Part shown: one piece after another, positions 20,866 to 29,654 of the stretch
How positions within the stretch are numbered: the stretch's first letter is position 1
Layout of the letters: every line of letters starts with the position of its first letter
Assembly (NCBI GenBank): GCA_024278985.1
Contig: JAJRSC010000007.1
Span: forward strand, 1 to 29,654
Length of the DNA stretch: 29,654 nucleotides
Source of the DNA: an archaeon
GTDB taxonomy: Archaea; AGJL01; Methanococci; Methanococcales; Methanocaldococcaceae
Direction: 5' to 3'
Notes under the pieces: model-generated
What the model saw: the letters and a program-made list of their open reading frames with translations, nothing else
Databases searched by the model: none
Told to the model about the DNA's origin: nothing
Position numbers and translations under genes: made by a program

Positions 20866-20932
20866 GCGTCTCAGATAGTGCCGATTTCTTCATCTTTTAA
20901 TAATCAGTGGGGGTAACTATCATCATTGACGC
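20866..20932 (-). ncRNA. Box C/D 2'-O-methylation guide sRNA
   Basis: Minus strand reads GCGUC-A-AUGAUGA(C)-UAGUUACCCCCA-CUGA(D')-UUAUUAAAAG-AUGAAGA(C')-AAUCGGCACUAU-CUGA(D)-GACGC: perfect C, D and D' boxes, two 12-nt guides and a 5-bp terminal stem, in a GC-enriched island. Confidence 0.93.
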
Positions 20933-20942
20933 AAAAAAGAAT

Positions 20943-21467
20943 TTAGATTTTTAAAAGTTCTCTACCTTTTGAAATTACTATTTTACATGGCATTGGTAAT
21001 TTCATTGCTGCTCTTCTTAATGCTTCTTTTGCTGCTTCATATTTATCAGGATTTACCCATATTGTCATAATTGCCTGTCCTTCTTTAACTCTTGCTGCTG
21101 TTCCAATAGGTTTTCCAAAAGCCAACCTCATACCGTCTGAAATCCTATCTGCTCCTGCTCCTGTTGCCATTTTATGTTCTCTTAAAACTTGGTGTGGATA
21201 TGTTCTAATTTGGAATTTGTACCCTAATCTACCACACATTTTTGCAATATATTTGTTAGCAGCAACTCTTGCAGCTTCTAAGGCATTATGTCTTATTTGT
21301 ATATCTTTAGTTGAAACTAAATCTACCTGTACAGGGAAATCAGCTGATAAATTACCCATAATATAATGAACAACTTTTGGTTGAGGTACTCCCTTTATAT
21401 ACTCTTTTCTTGTGTATGGTGGTTTATCTACATCTCTATAACATCTGTTTGGTCTAAGTTTTGCCAT
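20943..21467 (-). CDS. rpl10e: 50S ribosomal protein L10e (uL16)
   Basis: [19 protein letters not shown] and [18 protein letters not shown]. Confidence 0.97.
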   Translation of the reverse strand: MAKLRPNRCYRDVDKPPYTRKEYIKGVPQPKVVHYIMGNLSADFPVQVDLVSTKDIQIRHNALEAARVAANKYIAKMCGRLGYKFQIRTYPHQVLREHKMATGAGADRISDGMRLAFGKPIGTAARVKEGQAIMTIWVNPDKYEAAKEALRRAAMKLPMPCKIVISKGRELLKI

Positions 21468-21561
21468 GTTTTCACCTCATTATTAAAATAATATTTATAA
21501 GGCTTACTTTAAGTATTATGAGATTATAGAATATTATATAAATAATTTTTGGGGATATATA

Positions 21562-24590
<3,029 letters not shown>

Positions 24591-24591
24591 A

Positions 24592-25269
24592 TTATCCCTC
24601 TAATTTTTCTAAAATTTTAGGGAATTCAATTCTTGGACATTGTACAGAACAAACACCACATTTTATACAGATACTTGTATTAACTACAGGCTTACCATCT
24701 ACCATAGTTATTGCCCTTGTTGGACAAGATGCTGAACATGTTCCACAACCCATACATCTACTTGTATTTACTACCTTTATTATTTCACATCCACATGTCT
24801 CTGTATTCTCTGATAACCTAATAAATGGCTCTAAATATTCAGTATCTCCTTTTATTACTGCTTCTATAATATTAACTATCTGTTCAGGGCTTGGAGGGCA
24901 GCCAGGAATAGATAAATCAACTTTAATAACTTTACTTATTGGAACAAAAGAAGTATGGACTGGTTTAGGTGGTTGATTTCCTTTACAAAATCTTGTAATT
25001 CCTCCAAAAGATGCACATGCTCCTAAGGCAACAACTAATTTAGCTTTTTCTCTAACTTCTTTTAATAACTCTATTGAGTGTTCATCTTCTAAACAGACAG
25101 CCCCTTCAACTAAAGCAACATCACACTCTTTAATTTCTCTTACATCTATTAATGTCTGACAATATACAAGTTCAATTTTATTTAATATTTCTAAGAGTTT
25201 CTCATAAGTATCTGTAAGTGAAATTAAACATCCACAACAACTACTTAGTTGTAGATGTACTACTTTCAT
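24592..25269 (-). CDS. frhG: F420-reducing hydrogenase gamma (small) subunit
   Basis: SCCGC, EGAV, GACA and IPGCPP, plus C-terminal ferredoxin CMGCGTC..CP / CIKCGVC..CP. Confidence 0.94.
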   Translation of the reverse strand: MKVVHLQLSSCCGCLISLTDTYEKLLEILNKIELVYCQTLIDVREIKECDVALVEGAVCLEDEHSIELLKEVREKAKLVVALGACASFGGITRFCKGNQPPKPVHTSFVPISKVIKVDLSIPGCPPSPEQIVNIIEAVIKGDTEYLEPFIRLSENTETCGCEIIKVVNTSRCMGCGTCSASCPTRAITMVDGKPVVNTSICIKCGVCSVQCPRIEFPKILEKLEG

Positions 25270-25747
25270 AAACTTCCACCTCTTTTAAAATTAACTCTAT
25301 TGCCTTGTCTATAGCCTTTTCAACTTCTTTACTTAACCCTATTTTCATTTCTTCAGGAAGTTCTTTTATTTGACATCCTATAACTTTAATATCTATATTA
25401 AAATCCTTAAGCTCTTTTAACATAGTAGATAATTTCCAACCGTGGGCATCAATTCTATCATACTCTATATTGGGTAAATCATCCAACTCTAAAACTACAA
25501 CCTCTCCAGGTTTGAGGTTATAGTCAATAGCATCGATAACAATAATTTTTTTGACTTTACTATCCTTGTCAATTAAAGTTAAAACTTGAGAAGCTCCTGA
25601 ACCAACATCTAATATTGCTATTTTTTTATTATCCTTTAAAATATCCTTTAATTTCTCTACTACATAACAACCAAAACCATCATCTCCAAAAAGTAAATTA
25701 CCACATCCAAGGATAAGAATCTCTTTTTTAAGATATTCAGGATTCAT
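25241..25747 (-). CDS. frhD: Hydrogenase maturation protease FrhD
   Basis: [22 protein letters not shown] and GLSKEV. Confidence 0.94.
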   Translation of the reverse strand: MNPEYLKKEILILGCGNLLFGDDGFGCYVVEKLKDILKDNKKIAILDVGSGASQVLTLIDKDSKVKKIIVIDAIDYNLKPGEVVVLELDDLPNIEYDRIDAHGWKLSTMLKELKDFNIDIKVIGCQIKELPEEMKIGLSKEVEKAIDKAIELILKEVEVYESSTSTTK

Positions 25748-25764
25748 TTTTTCTCCTCTATGTA

Positions 25765-25799
25765 TTCAGAGGGTCCCTAAATTAGGGTTCCCCTCTGAA
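25765..25799 (-). promoter_or_regulatory. Archaeal SECIS element in the 3' UTR of fruA
   Basis: Minus strand UUCAGAGGG-GAA-CCCUA-AUU-UAGGG-A-CCCUCUGAA: 9-bp stem, GAA/A internal loop and C-G rich upper stem, starting 2 nt after the fruA stop. Confidence 0.93.
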
Positions 25800-25801
25800 G
25801 C

Positions 25802-27010
25802 TTATAACATTTCTCTTTTTTCTATAACTTTGTTATCTTCTTTAACTATTATGTGGGTGGCACATGATGCTCATATGTCATAAGCTCTTAAAATTACTTC
25901 AGCATATTGATGATGATAACCTTCTATTGCCTTCTCAACTATTGGGAAGTTCCAAGTTGAAGCTGCAATAATTCTATAACTTTTAATTTTTCCATCTTTT
26001 CCTGTTTCTACCATATGAGTATTTGTAGCTCTTGGAGCTTCATGAACTCCAATTCCGAAACCATCTTTATATTCATAGTCAGCTCTTGTTTTTCCATATA
26101 TGTTTAGTTCATCCAAAATTTCAAAAGCTCTATATACAGCACCTAAATTTTCCTTAGCCCTTGCAATATTAATATCTAAGGCACTACCTCCAACTTTGAA
26201 ATTACTAAATTTTGCTAATCTTGCTCTTGGACCTCCTTCACATGGGACTCCATTATATAGTGGAATCATAACACTTGTTTTATTTGCAATTTTAGTATCT
26301 CCATAATATCTATGTGGATAAATTTCAACAACATTATCCCAATCTATTGCTGTCCAGTCTCCATATGTTGTATGTGTTGCTATGTAAGGATAGTTATGTT
26401 TTCCTAAATCAGGAATACCTATTTCTTCTAAATATCTCTCAATTATTTCAGTGTATCTTTCATACATATCATAAGCATCTTTTTCATATTGTCTTAAACC
26501 ATAATATAGTTTTGATTTTGCTCTTTCAGTTATATTTGTTCTCATACCTCCAATTACTATATTTGGAGGATGAATTCCTTCTCCTCCAACAATATCCACA
26601 ATCATCTGACTAATTTTTCTCATTCTTTGGGCTAATTTTATTAGTTAAATCTTTTCCTCTGTAGATTTAACAAAATCATCAAATGTTAATATATGGTGTA
26701 ATGGATGGGAATGCATTCTATTTCCTAATCCTACCAACTCCCTAAGTAAAAGTCCATCATCAGGAACTTCAACATCTAATGCATTTTCAATTGCTTCACA
26801 ACTTGCAATTCCATGAGTAGTTTGACAAATTCCACAAATTCTCATTACTGCTATTGGAGCAAATTCTATAGGTCTCTCTTTAATCATAGTTTCAAAACCC
26901 CTAACAGGGGTAGTATTTATAAAGTATGCCTTTTTAACAATACCCTCATCATCAATATCTAAAATTAATTTACCATGCCCCTCATGTCTTGTAGTTGGGC
27001 TAATTTCCAA
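25802..27010 (-). pseudogene. fruA: Selenocysteine-containing F420-reducing [NiFeSe] hydrogenase alpha subunit, interrupted by one in-frame TAA (26645-26647)
   Basis: ORF-track pieces 26645-27025 and 25871-26623 share a frame. PTTRHEGH and RICGIC occur in the first. Reading through TGA 25871-25873 gives RAYDI-U-ASCATH-IIVKEDNKVIEKREML-TAA(25802). TTG 27010 follows GGAGGTG RBS. Gene identity is secure; pseudogene versus sequencing error is not resolved. Confidence 0.85.
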
Positions 27011-27180
27011 TAGAGACACCTCCAAAACATTATATATTAAAAATTTTATATGTGATAAGTTTATATTTACAGTATTTTTAAAAATGTAAATTATAGAGAA
27101 TAGATTTTTAAATATGTCATAAAATTAAAGTTTATCATAAAAAATATGAAATTTTTATAACTTTTTATTATGGTGAAACT

Positions 27181-27501
27181 ATGAAAGAGATGAAACTAAT
27201 TTCCACTGAATTATTAAAAGGTGCTAAAATGTTATCTAAACATTGTGAAAAATGTGGATATCCATTATTAGAAAAAGATGGGAGAGTATATTGTATTGTA
27301 TGTGAAAAATTAGGTAAAGATGAAAAAGAAGTAAAAGAAGAAAAAGTTAAAATAAATAGCTTTGATAACATCAACACAAAAATTTATAAAAAAATATTAT
27401 ATCTTGTTGATAAGCTTGATAAAGAAGATGATGTAAGTAGAATTAAAGAGATTGGTGAAGCTCTCTATATCTTACTAAAAATAAATAAAAAGTTGAGATA
27501 A
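27181..27501 (+). CDS. UPF0148 / Sjogren-scleroderma autoantigen 1 family zinc-ribbon protein
   Basis: [19 protein letters not shown]...GRVYCIVC. Confidence 0.88.
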   Translation: MKEMKLISTELLKGAKMLSKHCEKCGYPLLEKDGRVYCIVCEKLGKDEKEVKEEKVKINSFDNINTKIYKKILYLVDKLDKEDDVSRIKEIGEALYILLKINKKLR

Positions 27502-28376
27502 TGAACCCCTTTAACATAATGAAGGCCTCTCAAATATCATCATGTTTAGAAGTCAGTTCCTTTAAACCTGGAAATGTAAATAGATATAGAGATTTTGATG
27601 ATGTAAAATTTCAACATTTTATATGTTCAGGAATTGGATTAGGAGAAGTAATTTATAAAGCTTCTCAAGATTATAAAAATCTTGGTTATTATATTCTGGA
27701 AGGAGTTAAAGAAAGTAAAAAATGGAGTCCAACAAATGCAAATTTGGGTATTATTATCTTACATATTCCATTAGCTATGGCATCTGGAAAATTAGAAAAA
27801 TTTAGTATATCTGAACTAAAAAGAAATTTAAAAACAGTTATTGAAAATACAACAGTTGAGGATACTTTAAATTTCTATAAAGCTGTCCAATTAGCTAATC
27901 CTAATATAGGAAGGGCTAAAAAAGGACCTGATGCTTTTTCTGACTCTGCTATAAAGGAAATTTTAGAAAAAAATTTAAATTTATATGATATTTTTAAAAT
28001 ATCATCTGAATGGGACAATATTAGTAAGGAGATGGTTACTAACTATAAAATATCCTTTGATGGATATAAATATATTAATAAATATTATAAGGATAATGAT
28101 ATTTTTACAGCAATAGTTAAATGCTATCTTAAACTTCTTTCTGAAAATTTAGACACCTTAATTATTAGGAAAATGGGTATAGAATGGGCTAAAATTGTAT
28201 CAAAAAAAGCAGATGAAGTTTTAAAAAATTTTAGTTATGACAAAGTTAAAGAATTTGATGATTTTTTAGCAAAAAAAGGAAATAAATTAAACACAGGAAC
28301 TACTGCCGATATTGTTGCTTCATCATTAATGATTTTCTTATTGGAAAGGATAGACAATAATAAAACTATTCTTTAA
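27501..28376 (+). CDS. CitG-like triphosphoribosyl-dephospho-CoA synthase family protein
   Basis: [26 protein letters not shown] and [11 protein letters not shown]. Confidence 0.85.
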   Translation: MNPFNIMKASQISSCLEVSSFKPGNVNRYRDFDDVKFQHFICSGIGLGEVIYKASQDYKNLGYYILEGVKESKKWSPTNANLGIIILHIPLAMASGKLEKFSISELKRNLKTVIENTTVEDTLNFYKAVQLANPNIGRAKKGPDAFSDSAIKEILEKNLNLYDIFKISSEWDNISKEMVTNYKISFDGYKYINKYYKDNDIFTAIVKCYLKLLSENLDTLIIRKMGIEWAKIVSKKADEVLKNFSYDKVKEFDDFLAKKGNKLNTGTTADIVASSLMIFLLERIDNNKTIL

Positions 28377-29502
28377 AAATTTCTTTTGCTTTTTCTACTC
28401 CACTTCCTTGAACTTCAAAATTAAGCTCTTTTAAAGCCAGTTCTAAACATGAAAGTGTTGCTAAAATTTCCTTCTCTCCACAGATACCCATATGTCCAAT
28501 TCTGAATATTTTCCCTGATAGGTGTTTTTGACCTCCTGCTAAAACAATGTTATACTTTTTATTCATTATTTCTCTTAACTTGTCATTAACACCTTCAGGA
28601 TATTTTGCTGATGTTACTGTAACAGACCTTGCTTCTTCTTTTGCAAATAACTCAATTCCCATCTCTTCTAATCCTGCTCTTGTAGCTTTTGCTAACTTTT
28701 CATGTCTTTTTACTCTATTCTCTATTCCCTCCTCTAATACTAAATCTAATGCCTTATTTAATGCATATATTAAATTAACTGCTGGTGTATATGGATTTTG
28801 TTTTTTTTCATCAAAATATTTTTTATATGCCTTTAAATCTAAATAAAATCCAACTTTATCATCATTTTTATTGATAACTTCCCAGGCCTTTTCACTTACA
28901 GTTATTCCTGCCAATCCTGGAGGTGCAGCTAAACATTTTTGTGAGCCAGTTACACAGATATCAATATTAAATTTATCAACATTTACATAATCTCCTCCTA
29001 AGGAGGAAATTGTATCTACTATATAGAGAGCATCGTAGTCCTTAACAATTTCTCCAATCTCTTTTATTGGATTTCTTGCCCCTGTAGATGTTTCATTATG
29101 CACTACTGTAACTGCTTTAATATCTTTTTCTTTTTCTAAAATTTCCTTAACATCTTCAGGATTTGCCATATCTCCCCATTCATACTCTAATTTTATGGCT
29201 TCTCCTTTATAACTATTAACAATATTTGCAAATCTCTCTCCAAAGTTTCCTGTTATTATTGTTAAAACCTTATCTTTTGGTTTTAAAATATTAGCTAATG
29301 CCATATCCATTACAGCAGTTCCTGACCCAGTTATTATAAATGTATCATTTTCAGTTATGAATACTTTTTTTAATTTTTCAACAGTATCTTCAAATATTTC
29401 ACTAAATTCTTTACTTCTATGTCCAATAACTGGTTTAGCCATAGCTAATAATACATCTGGTGGAACTATAGTAGGCCCTGGTAACATTAAAAGTTTATTC
29501 AT
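28366..29502 (-). CDS. Class V PLP aminotransferase (alanine-glyoxylate / archaeal phosphoserine aminotransferase type)
   Basis: [36 protein letters not shown] and FRIGHMG. Confidence 0.93.
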   Translation of the reverse strand: MNKLLMLPGPTIVPPDVLLAMAKPVIGHRSKEFSEIFEDTVEKLKKVFITENDTFIITGSGTAVMDMALANILKPKDKVLTIITGNFGERFANIVNSYKGEAIKLEYEWGDMANPEDVKEILEKEKDIKAVTVVHNETSTGARNPIKEIGEIVKDYDALYIVDTISSLGGDYVNVDKFNIDICVTGSQKCLAAPPGLAGITVSEKAWEVINKNDDKVGFYLDLKAYKKYFDEKKQNPYTPAVNLIYALNKALDLVLEEGIENRVKRHEKLAKATRAGLEEMGIELFAKEEARSVTVTSAKYPEGVNDKLREIMNKKYNIVLAGGQKHLSGKIFRIGHMGICGEKEILATLSCLELALKELNFEVQGSGVEKAKEIFKE

Positions 29503-29654
29503 TATTTACCCCCTTTTTTCTACTTTTTAAATACTCATCCCAATCCTTTAAGAATCTGTTTAATCCAATATCTGTTAATGGATGATTAAATAATTTTTCC
29601 ATAACTGCTGGTGGCATAGTTACTATATCAGCCCCTATTTTTGCAGCTTCTAAG
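29495..29654 (-). CDS. tal: Transaldolase / fructose-6-phosphate aldolase family, C-terminal part (5' end outside the window)
   Basis: Manual translation [58 protein letters not shown]...FLKDW is the family signature. Confidence 0.9.
   Translation of the reverse strand, partial: LEAAKIGADIVTMPPAVMEKLFNHPLTDIGLNRFLKDWDEYLKSRKKGVNNE

Noticed and set aside
25765-25799. Hairpin as an intrinsic terminator
   Set aside because: It lies inside the fruA-frhD operon, has no following U-tract, and carries the GAA/A SECIS signature.
26645-26647. Recoding of the internal fruA stop as Sec or pyrrolysine, or a programmed frameshift
   Set aside because: The codon is TAA, not TGA or TAG, both halves are already in the same frame, and the position is not a Cys ligand.
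27026-27180. Imperfect inverted repeats upstream of fruA (TTTACA...TGTAAA; TGATAA...TTATCA) as operator sites
   Set aside because: They are short, imperfect and expected by chance in sequence this AT-rich.

Overview
Very AT-rich, extremely gene-dense archaeal chromosome segment. Protein content (SepRS, SelB, F420-reducing hydrogenase, methanogenesis marker 16, eIF5A, Hjc, PriS) and GGTGA-type ribosome-binding sites point to a hyperthermophilic Methanococcales methanogen, probably Methanocaldococcus-like. It holds about 40 housekeeping genes and no CRISPR array, mobile element, tRNA or rRNA that I can see. The ORF track misses several features: rpoP (6563-6703), a box C/D guide sRNA between rpl10e and priS (20866-20932), two edge-truncated genes, and the true extent of the selenocysteine-containing hydrogenase large subunit gene fruA (25802-27010). 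fruA has an in-frame UGA at the DIUASC Ni-ligand motif, a canonical archaeal SECIS hairpin just after its stop, and an unexpected in-frame TAA at codon 122. The more speculative leads are an uncharacterised gene coupled to selB and a CX5CX2C radical SAM gene inside a translation superoperon. I cannot demonstrate a wholly new multi-gene system from the sequence alone.
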